A DNA stretch of 60,680 nt from Acidobacteriota bacterium (GCA_022571295.1 JACZYA010000001.1:1-60680); one strand, 5' to 3'; counted from the stretch's first letter, positions 16,283-26,814 are shown. Made by a program: numbers and translations. The notes: generated from the sequence alone by a model not told the origin.

Positions 16283-16311
16283 CTTGACACCGCTGGGCCA
16301 ACTCCGTATAG
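16283..16311 (+). promoter_or_regulatory. Sigma-70-type promoter for the NSS transporter operon
   Basis: TTGACA (16283-16288), 17-nt spacer, TATAGA (16306-16311). It lies about 34 nt upstream of the ATG at 16345. Confidence 0.5.
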
Positions 16312-16344
16312 ACTGCGAGAGATTTTTACGACCAAGGGGCGCGA

Positions 16345-18258
16345 ATGGCACAAGCAGAGCAACGCGAAGCCTGGGGCACGCGCATCGGGCTGATTCTAGC
16401 CGCAGCGGGCAACGCCATCGGCATCGGGAACTTGCTGCGCTTCCCCGGCCAGGCCGCCAATAACGGCGGCGGGGCCTTCATGATTCCCTACCTGATCTGC
16501 TTCTTTCTCTTCGGCATCCCGATGATGTGGGTGGCCTGGGCCATCGGCCGCCGCGGTGGACAGTACAACCACGGCAGCCTGCCGGGCATGTTCGACCGCA
16601 TGTGGGCATCGCCGCTGGCCAAGTACGTGGGCGTGGTGGGCTTGACGTTGCCTTTCTGCTTCGTGCTCTACTACACCTACATCGAAGCCTGGTGCCTGGG
16701 CTACGCTTGGTTCTCCTTTACCGGCGACTACCTCAGCACGCCCGGGCACGCAGTCCACATGACCAACTACTACCTGGAGTTTCTCGGCCAGGCGCCCTCC
16801 AACTCCTATTTCTCCGGACTGACCGCCGCCATGTTCTTTATGGCGATCACGCTGATCCTGAACCTGTTTGTGCTGGCGCGGGGCGTGGCCAAAGGGATCG
16901 AGCTCCTGGCCAAGGTGGCCATCCCGCTGCTGTTTCTCTTCTGCGTTCTGATGGCGGTGCGCGTCTTTACGCTTCCGGGCGAGGGAACCGCGCTGGAAGG
17001 CCTGAGTTTTCTCTGGACGCCCGACTTCAGCCGGCTGGGCGAGTTCAGCGTCTGGATGGCCGCTGCCGGACAAGTCTTTTTCACGCTCTCAATCGGGTTC
17101 GGATCGCTCGAGTCCTACGCCAGCTACGTGCGGGCCGACGAGGACATCGCCCTGACCGGCCTCACCACCGCTGCTACCAATGAGTTCGTGGAAGTCATCT
17201 TCGGCAGCATGATTGCCATCCCCGCCGCCGCGGTCTTCTTCGGCGCGGGGGCGATCGAACGGGTGGCCGCGGGCGGCACCTTCGGCATCGGAATGATCTC
17301 GATGCCGGAAATCTTGCGCTCCTTCCCCTACGCGCCCTTCTTCGGAACCGTTTGGTTCCTGCTGCTTTTCTTCGCTGCCTTCACTTCTTCGGTGGCGGTT
17401 TCCCAACCGGTGTTGGCCTTCTTCCAGGATGAGCTGAAAGCCACCCGCAACCGCGCGACCTTGTGGCTCGGCGTCCTCTGGGCCCTGGGCGTCATCCCGG
17501 TCATCCTTTACTACAAGTACGGCTTCCTGGACGAGCTCGACTTCTGGGCCGGCACGGTGGGCCTGGCCGTCTGCGCGCTGATTGAAGTGATCATCTTCTC
17601 CTGGATTTTCGGCGCCACCCGGGGAGTGCAAGAACTGAACCGGGGCGCCCTCTTCCATGTGCACGCCGGAACCTTCAAGTTTGTGGTCACCTTCATCACG
17701 CCGGTGGCGCTGGTGATCATCCTGGGCGGATGGCTCTACGGGCCGGTGATTCGCGACAAGACACTGACTCCCAAGCCTAGAGTAGCTGTTTGGATTGCTG
17801 AGCCGGCGCAGTATGCCGGCACGCTCGAACCGCAGGAAGACGGAGTGGACAGCGGCGATGCGGCTTTCGCCAAAGAATTCGAGCAGTCGCTCAAAGACCT
17901 GGCGACGCAGGCGAAAGCGGACGGAACACTAAAGGCGACGGTGCAGTTGGGCGCCGACGGCTCGGTGCAGGTCACCCGCCTGAGCGCTACCGGCTCGCTC
18001 GCATCGGCAGGGGACCCCGCCCGGCTGGAGCGCTACCTGCGTGGCCGGGGGTATTTGTACAAGGAGAAGCCTTCGCCCCAGGCCGCCGGCGTTGCTGTGG
18101 AGCAGGAGGTTCCGATTCTGGTGACGGTCCTCTATACCGCATGGCATATTTGGATGGCGCGGGCGATGATGATCGGCTTCACCATCTTCTTCCTGATTTT
18201 GATCAACATAGCCTGGAGGCGGCGCGCATCCACCGCCGCGGCGGAGGCAACAGTATGA
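16345..18258 (+). CDS. Sodium-dependent transporter, neurotransmitter:sodium symporter (NSS/SNF) family, with a roughly 120-aa hydrophilic insertion before the last TM
   Basis: N-terminal signature WGTRIGLILAAAGNAIGIGNLLRFPGQAANNGGGAFMIPY. A hydrophilic segment spans about nt 17750-18115. One final TM helix follows. Confidence 0.9.
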   Translation: MAQAEQREAWGTRIGLILAAAGNAIGIGNLLRFPGQAANNGGGAFMIPYLICFFLFGIPMMWVAWAIGRRGGQYNHGSLPGMFDRMWASPLAKYVGVVGLTLPFCFVLYYTYIEAWCLGYAWFSFTGDYLSTPGHAVHMTNYYLEFLGQAPSNSYFSGLTAAMFFMAITLILNLFVLARGVAKGIELLAKVAIPLLFLFCVLMAVRVFTLPGEGTALEGLSFLWTPDFSRLGEFSVWMAAAGQVFFTLSIGFGSLESYASYVRADEDIALTGLTTAATNEFVEVIFGSMIAIPAAAVFFGAGAIERVAAGGTFGIGMISMPEILRSFPYAPFFGTVWFLLLFFAAFTSSVAVSQPVLAFFQDELKATRNRATLWLGVLWALGVIPVILYYKYGFLDELDFWAGTVGLAVCALIEVIIFSWIFGATRGVQELNRGALFHVHAGTFKFVVTFITPVALVIILGGWLYGPVIRDKTLTPKPRVAVWIAEPAQYAGTLEPQEDGVDSGDAAFAKEFEQSLKDLATQAKADGTLKATVQLGADGSVQVTRLSATGSLASAGDPARLERYLRGRGYLYKEKPSPQAAGVAVEQEVPILVTVLYTAWHIWMARAMMIGFTIFFLILINIAWRRRASTAAAEATV

Positions 18259-18356
18259 CCATCACTGCCTGGATCTTCATGGGGATCACCTGGACCTTCG
18301 TTATCGGTCTCAATATCTTCTGCTTCATCCGCATCTTCCGCCACCGGGATTCATGA
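18255..18356 (+). CDS. 33-aa single-TM microprotein, candidate NSS small subunit (MetS-like)
   Basis: The ATG overlaps the transporter stop (ATGA at 18255-18258). Translation: MTITAWIFMGITWTFVIGLNIFCFIRIFRHRDS. The assignment rests on size, position and hydrophobicity only. Confidence 0.5.
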   Translation: MTITAWIFMGITWTFVIGLNIFCFIRIFRHRDS

Positions 18357-18799
18357 ACCCGGACGACCGTCGGCTCCTGCTCGACTGGCTGGCGGCCGAG
18401 GAGGGCAGCGCTCGCCGGTTGCCCGACCTGCTGACAGAGCTGGCGGAGCGACGCAAAGACCTTGCCCCGCTGGCGCGCTTTCTTGCTTTGAAGGAGACGG
18501 AAGACCGCGCCCGCATGGCCGTGCTCGACCGGGAGCGCTGGTTCCGTTCCTTCTCCTGGAAGTTGATTACGGCGCTCTTTATGTTCGGCGTACTTGGCAT
18601 GATGTTCTTCATCCTCTGGGGTGGCGATCAAGCCTTCCTCGCCTCCATCTTCTTCATCGCCGGTGGCGCCAGCTTCTATCTCCTGGTCCAGGCCATGGCG
18701 AGTTGGCGCAGCCGGCACGACCAGAAAGCGCTGACGGAAATCCGGGAACGCTGCCAGGGCGAGCTGGCGGCGCTGCGAAAAGAAATCAGAAAAAAGTAG
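18353..18799 (+). CDS. Hypothetical 148-aa membrane protein (helical N-terminus, 2 TM, charged C-terminal helix)
   Basis: The ATG overlaps the stop of the microprotein ORF (ATGA at 18353-18356). TM segments: LITALFMFGVLGMMFFILW and LASIFFIAGGASFYLLV. Confidence 0.6.
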   Translation: MNPDDRRLLLDWLAAEEGSARRLPDLLTELAERRKDLAPLARFLALKETEDRARMAVLDRERWFRSFSWKLITALFMFGVLGMMFFILWGGDQAFLASIFFIAGGASFYLLVQAMASWRSRHDQKALTEIRERCQGELAALRKEIRKK

Positions 18800-18824
18800 T
18801 TCGGGATTGCCTACCGGGCAAGCT

Positions 18825-19454
18825 TCAATCGAGGCGTCCCAGTGCGGAGCGGAACTCTTCCAGCCGGGCGGGGATATCTTCAGCCGCCAGCCAACCACTG
18901 ATTACGGCCACCGAATCGGCACCGGCCTCGATGACCTGGGCGGCGTTCGCCGCTGTGATGCCGCCGATGGCCACCAGCGGCTTGCTGGTGCGCTTACGAA
19001 CCTCCCGCAACCCGGCACAACCAACCACAGGCTGGGTGCCTGCTTTGGTGGCGGTGGGGAAAATGGGACCAAACGCCAGATAGTCCACCGGCGCTGAAGC
19101 AGCCGCCTCGATTTGCTCCAGGTTGTGGGTGGAGAAGCCGATCAGCTCGTCCGGCCCCAACAAGCGACGCGCCGGCGCCGGCGGCAAATCGTCCTGGCCC
19201 AGATGCACCCCCGCCGCCCGGCTGAGCTGCGCTACGTCGGCGCGGTCATTAATGATGAGAGAAATTTCCGGCGGGAGAAAGGAGCGCAGCTCTTTTGCTT
19301 CAGCGAGCAGCGCCCCGCTGCTGGCCTGCTTGGCGCGCAACTGGACGAGACGAACCCCCGCCCCGGCAAGGACGCGAGCAATCTGCTGAAGTGAGAGGTC
19401 AGGCCGAATCGAGCGGTCAATTACGGGGTAGAAACGAGGAAGCGCAAGTGGCAT
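18825..19454 (-). CDS. thiE: Thiamine-phosphate synthase
   Basis: 209 aa. FYPVIDR, VQLRAK, INDRADVA, IGFSTH and VAIGGI motifs. Confidence 0.9.
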   Translation of the reverse strand: MPLALPRFYPVIDRSIRPDLSLQQIARVLAGAGVRLVQLRAKQASSGALLAEAKELRSFLPPEISLIINDRADVAQLSRAAGVHLGQDDLPPAPARRLLGPDELIGFSTHNLEQIEAAASAPVDYLAFGPIFPTATKAGTQPVVGCAGLREVRKRTSKPLVAIGGITAANAAQVIEAGADSVAVISGWLAAEDIPARLEEFRSALGRLD

Positions 19455-19473
19455 ACCGAAGGCGCAACCGGAA

Positions 19474-20829
19474 TCAGACCGGAACGCCGGTGCGACGAAA
19501 GCGTTCCATAAAATGGGTGTCGTAGCGCCCTGCCTGGAAGTCCGGGTCCGCCAAAATTTTGCGGTGGGTGGAAACCGAAGTCTGAATGCCCTCCACCACG
19601 AACATCTCCAGGGCGCGCGTCATGCGCGCGATGGCTTCCGGGCGGTCTTTGCCGCGGGTGATGAGCTTGGCGATGAGCGAGTCGTAGTAAGGCGGGATGA
19701 CCGCCTCAGCATAGACGGCGGTATCCACGCGCACGCCCGTGCCGCCGGGGATATGAAAGACGGAGATGCGGCCGGCGGAGGGCTGGAAGGTCTCCGGGTC
19801 TTCGGCCACGATGCGGCATTCGATGGCATGGCCGCGCTGGCGCAGGCCCGGAGGGACGATGGACTCCAAGCGCTCTCCGGCAGCGATCTGGATTTGCGCT
19901 TTGACCAGATCAACATCGGTCACCATCTCCGTGACAGGGTGTTCCACCTGGATGCGCGTATTCATTTCGATGAAGTAGAACTTCCCCTCTTCATCCATGA
20001 GGAATTCAACGGTTCCGGCGTTGCTGTAGCCGATGGCGCTCATGGCTTTGATCACCACATCGCCCATGGTCTTGCGTATCTCTTCGGTCACAGCCGGCGA
20101 AGGCGACTCCTCCACGATCTTCTGGTGGCGGCGCTGCACCGAGCATTCGCGCTCCCCCAGGTGGGTGACCTGGCCGTACTTGTCGCCCAGCACCTGGAAT
20201 TCAATGTGGCGCGACCGGGTGACATACTTTTCGATGTAGACATCGGGCGAGCCGAAAGCCAAGCGAGCCTCGTTCTGCGCGGTGGAAAACTGCGCCAGCA
20301 ACTCGGACTCTTTCCCCACCACCCGCATGCCTTTCCCGCCACCGCCGGCGGCAGCTTTGATCATCAAGGGGTAACCGATGTCGGAAGCTGCCGAGCGCAC
20401 CTCTGCTTCCGTCCCGACGATGCCATCCGAACCGGGCACCACCGGCAAACCGGCCGCCGTCATTTCGCGGCGGGCCCGGTCCTTCTCTCCCATCAAGCGG
20501 ATGACTTCGGGCGAAGGTCCGATGAAGGTGATGCCGGAGGTCTCGCAGACTTCGGCGAAGTTGGCGTTTTCAGCCAGGAAGCCATAGCCGGGGTGAATGG
20601 CGTCGGCGCTGGTGACCTCAGCGGCGCTGATGACGTGGGGAATGTTCAGGTAGCTTTCCGAAGAGTGGGGCGGGCCGATACAAACCGCTTCATCCGCAAA
20701 GCGGACGTGCAGCGCGTTACGGTCAGCTTCGGAATAGACGGCGACCGTCTTAATGCCCAGCTCCTTGCAGGCATAGACGATGCGCAGGGCAATCTCGCCG
20801 CGATTGGCAATCAGAATCTTGTCGAACAT
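19474..20829 (-). CDS. accC: Acetyl-CoA carboxylase, biotin carboxylase subunit
   Basis: ATG at 20829 ([17 protein letters not shown]...). ATP-grasp core and [14 protein letters not shown] are present. 451 aa. Confidence 0.95.
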   Translation of the reverse strand: MFDKILIANRGEIALRIVYACKELGIKTVAVYSEADRNALHVRFADEAVCIGPPHSSESYLNIPHVISAAEVTSADAIHPGYGFLAENANFAEVCETSGITFIGPSPEVIRLMGEKDRARREMTAAGLPVVPGSDGIVGTEAEVRSAASDIGYPLMIKAAAGGGGKGMRVVGKESELLAQFSTAQNEARLAFGSPDVYIEKYVTRSRHIEFQVLGDKYGQVTHLGERECSVQRRHQKIVEESPSPAVTEEIRKTMGDVVIKAMSAIGYSNAGTVEFLMDEEGKFYFIEMNTRIQVEHPVTEMVTDVDLVKAQIQIAAGERLESIVPPGLRQRGHAIECRIVAEDPETFQPSAGRISVFHIPGGTGVRVDTAVYAEAVIPPYYDSLIAKLITRGKDRPEAIARMTRALEMFVVEGIQTSVSTHRKILADPDFQAGRYDTHFMERFRRTGVPV

Positions 20830-20851
20830 AGAAGTATGGTTGAACGACGGA

Positions 20852-21409
20852 CTATTTCTTGCCGGGCCGGATGGCGAACAGTGGTTCGCCGTACTCCACC
20901 GGCTGGGCGTTTTCGACGAAAATGCGGGCGATTTCGCCGGCAATGTCGGCTTCGATTTCGTTCATCAATTTCATCGCTTCCACGACGCAGAGCACCTGGC
21001 CGACCTTGACCGTGTCGCCCAAGTGGACGAAAGGCGGAGCGTCCGGTTGCGGAGCGGCATAGAAGGTGCCCACCAGGAGAGACTTGATGATGTGCACATC
21101 TTCGGCCGCCACTCCCATCTCGGCCGCCGCCTGAACCTGCGCCTCCTCGCTTGGCGTTTCACCCTTCGGGGCTGTGGGCGCGGCCGGCTCCGGCGCGGCA
21201 TAACTTTCAAACACAGGGGGCGGCACGCCGGCGGCCCCGCGGCGCTTGATGCGGATGCGGACTCCTGCCCGTTCGAACTCAAACTCTTCCAACCCGCGCT
21301 CTTCCAGCAGGTCAATCAGCTCGCGCACCTGCTCCAGCGGGAAAGCACTCTCCCGGCCCGGGTTGGGCTTGCGCGACTTTCCGGTTTTACGGGGCGTCTT
21401 CTTTTTCAC
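20852..21409 (-). CDS. accB: Acetyl-CoA carboxylase biotin carboxyl carrier protein (basic N-terminal extension)
   Basis: GTG start at 21409. Biotinylation motif EAMKLMNEI. The N-terminus reads [18 protein letters not shown]. Confidence 0.9.
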   Translation of the reverse strand: MKKKTPRKTGKSRKPNPGRESAFPLEQVRELIDLLEERGLEEFEFERAGVRIRIKRRGAAGVPPPVFESYAAPEPAAPTAPKGETPSEEAQVQAAAEMGVAAEDVHIIKSLLVGTFYAAPQPDAPPFVHLGDTVKVGQVLCVVEAMKLMNEIEADIAGEIARIFVENAQPVEYGEPLFAIRPGKK

Positions 21410-22488
21410 AAGCAGATCAACTCCGTCCCCAGCGGCGTGAGGGTTTCCGCGCCCGTTTTCCGAACCACCACCACGTCTTCAATCCGCACGCCCCCCACTC
21501 CCGGGAGGTACACACCCGGCTCAAGTGTAATCACGTTTCCCGCTTTCAGTCGAGCTGGGCTGTCACGCCCGAGGCGGGGTTCCTCGTGGATTTCCAGCCC
21601 CACCCCGTGGCCGGTGCCGTGGACAAAGTAGCGACCCAAGCTGCGTTTCGCCAGCACGCGTCGTGCAGCTGCGTCCACGCGGCTGGCCTCCACCCCGGCC
21701 CGCACAACCTCCCGGGCCGCCGCCAAGGCATCTTGAACCGCCCGGTAAATGCGCAGCACCTTAGCCGGGGGCTTACCTAGGAAAACAGTGCGGGTCATAT
21801 CGCTACAGTAGTCGGCGAGTATAGCACCCAGGTCGAACATGACAAGCTCATTCTCGCGCAGGCGCTTGCGGGAGGCGCGGCCATGCGGCAGGGCAGAGCG
21901 AGCACCCGAGGCCACAATGGTTTCAAAAGATTGGCTGCAAGCTCCATGTTGCTTCATGCGGTATTCGATTTCGGCTGCCAAATCGAGTTCACGCACTCCC
22001 GGGCGCACCAAGGGCAAGATTTCTTCGAAGACCCGCGCCGTGAGCTCCACGCTGGCTCGGATGCGCGCAATTTCGTCGGCGTCCTTGACCGCGCGCAACT
22101 GATCCACACAGAGTTCGGTTGCTTGCAGCTCCACGTTTGCACCCAGGATGTGCGCGAGCTGGTGGAACCCGGCCGCGCTCAAGTGGTCGGCCTCGTAGGC
22201 CACCCGACGGGGGCGCTTCCGAGCCAGCCAGCGGCTGGCACCCGGGAGCGGATCGCCCTCCACGATTTTTATTTGAGCGCCGACCACCTCCTGCCGGGCC
22301 TGGGTGCGATAGATTCCATGGGTAAAGAACACACAGTGGCTCCGCGTAAGCACCAGGACGCCGCTGGAGCCACGAAATCCGACCAGGTAGAGCAAGTTGG
22401 GCAGGTGGGTCAACACCAGGGCATCAGCGCGCCGCAGCGCAGTGCGCCGGAGACGCGCCAGCCGAGCAGGAAGAATTCGACCAGACAT
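21406..22488 (-). CDS. M24-family Xaa-Pro aminopeptidase/dipeptidase
   Basis: 360 aa. Metal-ligand regions: MFDLGAILADYCSDMTRT, HGTGHGVGLEIHE, ITLEPGVY and IEDVVVV. Confidence 0.9.
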   Translation of the reverse strand: MSGRILPARLARLRRTALRRADALVLTHLPNLLYLVGFRGSSGVLVLTRSHCVFFTHGIYRTQARQEVVGAQIKIVEGDPLPGASRWLARKRPRRVAYEADHLSAAGFHQLAHILGANVELQATELCVDQLRAVKDADEIARIRASVELTARVFEEILPLVRPGVRELDLAAEIEYRMKQHGACSQSFETIVASGARSALPHGRASRKRLRENELVMFDLGAILADYCSDMTRTVFLGKPPAKVLRIYRAVQDALAAAREVVRAGVEASRVDAAARRVLAKRSLGRYFVHGTGHGVGLEIHEEPRLGRDSPARLKAGNVITLEPGVYLPGVGGVRIEDVVVVRKTGAETLTPLGTELICL

Positions 22489-22556
22489 TTAGATTACGCA
22501 GAAAAACAAAACGGAGGAGAGCGCCGACTCTCCTCCGTGAAAGCGATTGCCGCTGC

Positions 22557-25022
22557 TTAGCTTGGCAGGATGCGCGGCGTGATGAAGAACAACAACTCCT
22601 GCGTGCCGGTCGTCACCCGGCTGCGCTTGAAGAGATAGCCGATAACCGGAATGCTGCCCAGGATCGGCACCTGGTCAATGGAAGTGGAACTCTCAGTAAT
22701 CATCACGCCACCAATCACCACCGTGCCGCCGTCCTCCACCAACACCTGGGTGGTTTCCTGCTGCGTCCGCAAGGCGGGGATGCCGTTGATGCGAGCAATA
22801 CCGGTGTCGATGGCCGTGTTCTCAATGTTGATGTCGAGAAACACGGTGCCTTCGGCCGTAATCTGCGGGGTGACCTCAAGCTTGAGCGCTACGTCAATGA
22901 ACTGAGTGGTGATGGTGTTGTTGACCACGGTCTGCACCGGGATGCGGGTTCCCTGCAACACCAGCGCCATGACGTTGTTCTGCGTAATCACCCTCGGCCG
23001 CGAGAGCACCTTGGCGATCTGGCGGTTCTCGGCCGCGCTCAAGATAATGTCGAGCGCAAAGGCGGGTGAACGGTGTCCGAACAGCAGCGTGGAGGTGGTC
23101 TCCACGGCACGGAGACTGGTGTTCAACGGCTGCTGGGCATCGGTTCCCCCGGCGATGAGCGGGGGCAGTAACGCAGTGGTTGACAGGGGGCTGGGCCCCA
23201 AATCGCCACCGACTACGTTCTGAGGAGTCCCGTCAGCGCGGAAGCGGCTGGCGGAAAAAGCAAACTGCGAACCGATCTCGCGGGTGAAAGCGCGGCTGGC
23301 GCTCACCACCCGGGCCTCAATCTCCACCTGCAAGGATTTGCGGTCCAACTGTTGAATCAAGCTGTCCAGCTGTGGAATGATCTCGGGAATGTCGCGAATG
23401 ATCAGGGTGTTGGTGCGATCGTCTCGAATCAACTCCCCTCGATCGGAAAGGAACTGTTTGAGCGTGGGCTCAAGGTCCGCAGCTTTGGCGTAGCTCAACT
23501 GCCGCGTGACCGTAATGGGTTCAACGACCTCTTCTCGCGCCTTGGCCAAGCTCGCCAGCTCCTGCTGTTCTTTTCTGAGCGTCTCCAGGGTAGCGATCCG
23601 TAAAACGTTCCCCTCCAGGGTGCTGCCCAACCCGTTGTTCTTCAAAACCAGGTCAAGCACCTGATCCCAGGGAACATCCAGCAGCGCCAGGGTGACGGTG
23701 CCGCCTACCTTCGGATCCAGGACAATGTTCAACCCGCTGATCTCGTGGATAAGCCGGAAGAAGTCCTTCAGATCAACGTCTTTGAGATTGACGGAAATCG
23801 GCTCGCCGGTGTAAGCCGTGGCGGATCCCGCCCCCTCTCCCGAGGGCGCCTGTTGCAGGGCACGAGTTGCCAGTGAAGCCATCGCGGGAACGGCAGTTGT
23901 CGGTCCCGGGCGAATCACCGCGGGCACCAGCGCAACCGATTCTGCTACCGCAGCAGGCGGTAGAGAAACTACGGTAGGCGCCAGCGATGCCAGCAGGACC
24001 GGCTGCGGCTTGGCTTCCGCCTGGTTGGGGGAGGCCTCGTCTGCCGTAGCCGCAACCGTGGGCGCCGGCTCAGCCGCAGCGAGCAAACTCTGGGGGGGTG
24101 CCGTCGCGACTTCGGACTCCGGCTCAGAAGCAACCGCTACGGGCGCGGCCGGCTGCAATTCACGCGCGGCGGGCATCGATTCCGCTGACAGCGCCTCCGA
24201 CAAGACCAAGCGCAGCCCCTGGGGCGTGGTATCCACCTGATAAGCAATCATCCTGGTGAGATCGACCACCAGACGAGTGATGGGCGGATCAGCCTTGAAC
24301 TGTGCCACGCGGATACCGAGCACGGGAGGCTGGTCCACAGAAATTTTGCGCCGACGCGCCACCAAGATGCTCTGGGGCAGGTCGAGCACCAACCGGGGAG
24401 GATTTTCGAGTTTCAGAGTTTCATAATCCAACGCGGCGCTGGCCACCACATCCACGATTACGGCCCCCGCTTTCTGGTGGACAATCACGCGGCGTACCCA
24501 GACCGGACGGCCAGAGGCCGGCGGCGCCGACTCCGCACCCGGGGCGGCGCCGGAAGGTTGCGACGGAACCGCAGCCGAAGCTTCCGCGCGCGGGCTGCCC
24601 GAGCCGGGACAGGAGAGGGTAAGCGCAGAAGGAGTAAGCTGAGCAAGCTCTACCGTGCAGGCGCGACTCAAGCTCACGTCCAAGCGCAACACTTGGCGTC
24701 CGTCGGCATTACGGAACGGCAGCAAACGGTATTCGGATAACCAAGGCAAGCTGCCGGCCTGCTGCTGCGCACTCGCGTCCGACACCACTCCTGCCAGGTC
24801 AACAATCAAGTGGCGCTCGTGCGGCTGATAGGAGGTAAAGGTGAACGGCCCGGAAGCGCGCACCTCCAGTGAGGTGCCCGCAGGCTGCTCCGCCGGGGCC
24901 ACCGCCAGCAGACGCACGGGGTTTCCCGGCGCAGCCGGGGCATCGGCAGCACGCAGCCCCATGGTGCTGAGTCCTGCCAACAAGATGGCGAACCAAAGTC
25001 CGCTCCACAGCTTCCGCGTCAT
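22557..25022 (-). CDS. pilQ: Type IV pilus secretin PilQ (AMIN domains, Pro/Ala-rich linker, secretin core)
   Basis: ATG at 25022 behind GAGGAG (MTRKLWSGLWFAILLAG...). The C-terminal secretin signature is VPILGSIPVIGYLF...LLFFITPRI. The ORF-track start at 25037 is a TTG. Confidence 0.9.
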   Translation of the reverse strand: MTRKLWSGLWFAILLAGLSTMGLRAADAPAAPGNPVRLLAVAPAEQPAGTSLEVRASGPFTFTSYQPHERHLIVDLAGVVSDASAQQQAGSLPWLSEYRLLPFRNADGRQVLRLDVSLSRACTVELAQLTPSALTLSCPGSGSPRAEASAAVPSQPSGAAPGAESAPPASGRPVWVRRVIVHQKAGAVIVDVVASAALDYETLKLENPPRLVLDLPQSILVARRRKISVDQPPVLGIRVAQFKADPPITRLVVDLTRMIAYQVDTTPQGLRLVLSEALSAESMPAARELQPAAPVAVASEPESEVATAPPQSLLAAAEPAPTVAATADEASPNQAEAKPQPVLLASLAPTVVSLPPAAVAESVALVPAVIRPGPTTAVPAMASLATRALQQAPSGEGAGSATAYTGEPISVNLKDVDLKDFFRLIHEISGLNIVLDPKVGGTVTLALLDVPWDQVLDLVLKNNGLGSTLEGNVLRIATLETLRKEQQELASLAKAREEVVEPITVTRQLSYAKAADLEPTLKQFLSDRGELIRDDRTNTLIIRDIPEIIPQLDSLIQQLDRKSLQVEIEARVVSASRAFTREIGSQFAFSASRFRADGTPQNVVGGDLGPSPLSTTALLPPLIAGGTDAQQPLNTSLRAVETTSTLLFGHRSPAFALDIILSAAENRQIAKVLSRPRVITQNNVMALVLQGTRIPVQTVVNNTITTQFIDVALKLEVTPQITAEGTVFLDINIENTAIDTGIARINGIPALRTQQETTQVLVEDGGTVVIGGVMITESSTSIDQVPILGSIPVIGYLFKRSRVTTGTQELLFFITPRILPS

Positions 25023-25033
25023 TGCTCTGCTCC

Positions 25034-25528
25034 TCAACGGGTGGTCCCGGTTGCTTCTGTCGTTAATAGCTTTACTACCCTGCGCTCGTATTTCCGACCG
25101 AAGGCGTCTGAGGCTCTCTCTCGAAAAACTACGCCGTCCTCCAGGATTTCAGCGACGTAGCCGTCGAACAACTCATCCCGCACGCGCAGGAAAAAGGCGC
25201 GGTTGCGGCCTCGCATATTGACGACGGCCACCCGGGCGGTGGGCGTAACAACAATTCCATCCACCGTCAGTTGCGAGATCACCAGGCCGCGTTTCCCCGG
25301 GGGAAGCGCCTGCTTGATCATGTCCTCGGGGCTCACCAGCAAACTCCGGAAGGGATCGCGCAGGTTGACCGGCTTGCGTGGACGGCTTTGCTTTGTTTTC
25401 TGGGGCGCCGACCCTTGCGCCTGAACCGGCAAACCCAGCAAACCCACGCACAAGCCAGCGGCGGCCAGCAGCGCGCCAGTGCGCCTCCAACCCAAGTTGT
25501 CACCCAGCAGGTTTCGCATGGTTCGCAT
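25034..25528 (-). CDS. pilP: Pilus assembly protein PilP
   Basis: ATG at 25528 (MRTMRNLL...). It carries a signal or anchor segment, RDPFRSLL and a C-terminal beta domain. It sits between pilO and pilQ. Confidence 0.8.
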   Translation of the reverse strand: MRTMRNLLGDNLGWRRTGALLAAAGLCVGLLGLPVQAQGSAPQKTKQSRPRKPVNLRDPFRSLLVSPEDMIKQALPPGKRGLVISQLTVDGIVVTPTARVAVVNMRGRNRAFFLRVRDELFDGYVAEILEDGVVFRERASDAFGRKYERRVVKLLTTEATGTTR

Positions 25529-25545
25529 GGTTCTCTCCTTCTTCC

Positions 25546-26181
25546 CTACCTCCGGCCCGCCGGTGGGGCCGCCGCCGCCAGTTCTTCCGGCGAGGGAGTA
25601 AAATAGGTGGTCACCGTGCATGATCCTCCCACGGTCGTCCCGGGAGCATAATCATACTTGCTGCTGCGACCTTCGAGGCCGCCCAGTTGCACGCTCGCCA
25701 CGTTGACAATGCGAGTGGTGCTCCCCAACCGCTGGAAGAACTCCTTCAGGTCGTAGTAGCCGCCGTCCATTTCCACCTCAAAAGGCATCTCGGCGTAGAA
25801 CTCCTTGTACACCACCGGCCTGGCGGTCAGCCGTCGGACGGACACGCGGGCGTTGGTGGAAGAACTCTGTACCACGCGCATGAAGTTGGCAGTCTGCTTT
25901 TCCTCGGGCACGAACGTCTTGGAACGCTCCAGTTGGTCTCGCAGCGCCTGCAGGCGAGTCCGGAACTCCTGGTGTTGTTGTCGCACGGCCTGCAGCTTGG
26001 CCACTTCCGCAACCAGAGCTTGCTGCTGCTGGGTCAGGCGAGCCTTCTCGTTCGAGGCGCCTTTAACCGGCAACAGCGGCGGCAGGTCAAGCATCTCCCC
26101 GGCCAAGACCACCAGCACAGCGACCACAAAGAAGAGGGCCACTTGGTAGTACCAGGGCAGCTCGCTGAACCGAAAAGCCAT
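25546..26181 (-). CDS. pilO: Pilus assembly protein PilO
   Basis: 211 aa with an N-terminal TM helix, a coiled coil and a ferredoxin-like C-terminus. Its position in the pilMNOPQ order supports the call. Confidence 0.85.
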   Translation of the reverse strand: MAFRFSELPWYYQVALFFVVAVLVVLAGEMLDLPPLLPVKGASNEKARLTQQQQALVAEVAKLQAVRQQHQEFRTRLQALRDQLERSKTFVPEEKQTANFMRVVQSSSTNARVSVRRLTARPVVYKEFYAEMPFEVEMDGGYYDLKEFFQRLGSTTRIVNVASVQLGGLEGRSSKYDYAPGTTVGGSCTVTTYFTPSPEELAAAAPPAGRR

Positions 26182-26196
26182 ACGCTCTCCTTTGCC

Positions 26197-26814
26197 CTAA
26201 CTTCCCCCGGCCGCGGCGGCTTGGCTGTCCGCCGAGGCCCCCGACGGTGCCGGCAGCGCGAAATCCGCCGTCAATGTAAACTCAAAGCTTATGGACCCTT
26301 CGCTGTCAGGCATCTGAACAGACTCCTGCAGCTCGACGTTCGAGAAAACACCGGACTGGCTCAAGTTGGTGATAAAGTCGGCCACGGCATTCAGGGAGCC
26401 GGCCAGCCCCTTGAACTCAATCTTGCCGCCCGCCTGTTCGCCCAAGGAGGTCAGCCACAGCGTCTCGGTGATGCTGACGGTGTTGCCGATCGCTTCCAAC
26501 ATCCGAACCGGACCGGCTTGGTTGCGCTTGAGCTCTTCGATCACCTCAATGCGGCCCCGCAGCAGACTCTGATTAGTCTCGAAGGCCTGGATTTCCTGCT
26601 GCAACTGCGCCATCTGCTGCTTCTCGCGGTTCTTCTCGGCAATCTGCTGGTTCAGGTCCTCGATATCCCCCTTGATCATCGAATGGTGAATGGTCAGGAC
26701 CAAAATCGCCAGACTCACGGGGATGACGAATAGGATCAACTGCAGACGGCCCGCAATGGCCACCTGCCGCTTGACCTTGGGACGGGGCCGACCCAATAGG
26801 TTAATGCGAATCAT
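26197..26814 (-). CDS. pilN: Pilus assembly protein PilN
   Basis: MIRINLLGRPRP followed by a TM helix and a coiled coil. A 4-nt overlap links it to pilM. Confidence 0.85.
   Translation of the reverse strand: MIRINLLGRPRPKVKRQVAIAGRLQLILFVIPVSLAILVLTIHHSMIKGDIEDLNQQIAEKNREKQQMAQLQQEIQAFETNQSLLRGRIEVIEELKRNQAGPVRMLEAIGNTVSITETLWLTSLGEQAGGKIEFKGLAGSLNAVADFITNLSQSGVFSNVELQESVQMPDSEGSISFEFTLTADFALPAPSGASADSQAAAAGGS

Noticed and set aside
19455-19473. TPP riboswitch upstream of thiE
   Set aside because: Only 19 nt separate thiE from accC, so there is no room for a THI element. thiE appears to be co-transcribed with the upstream genes.
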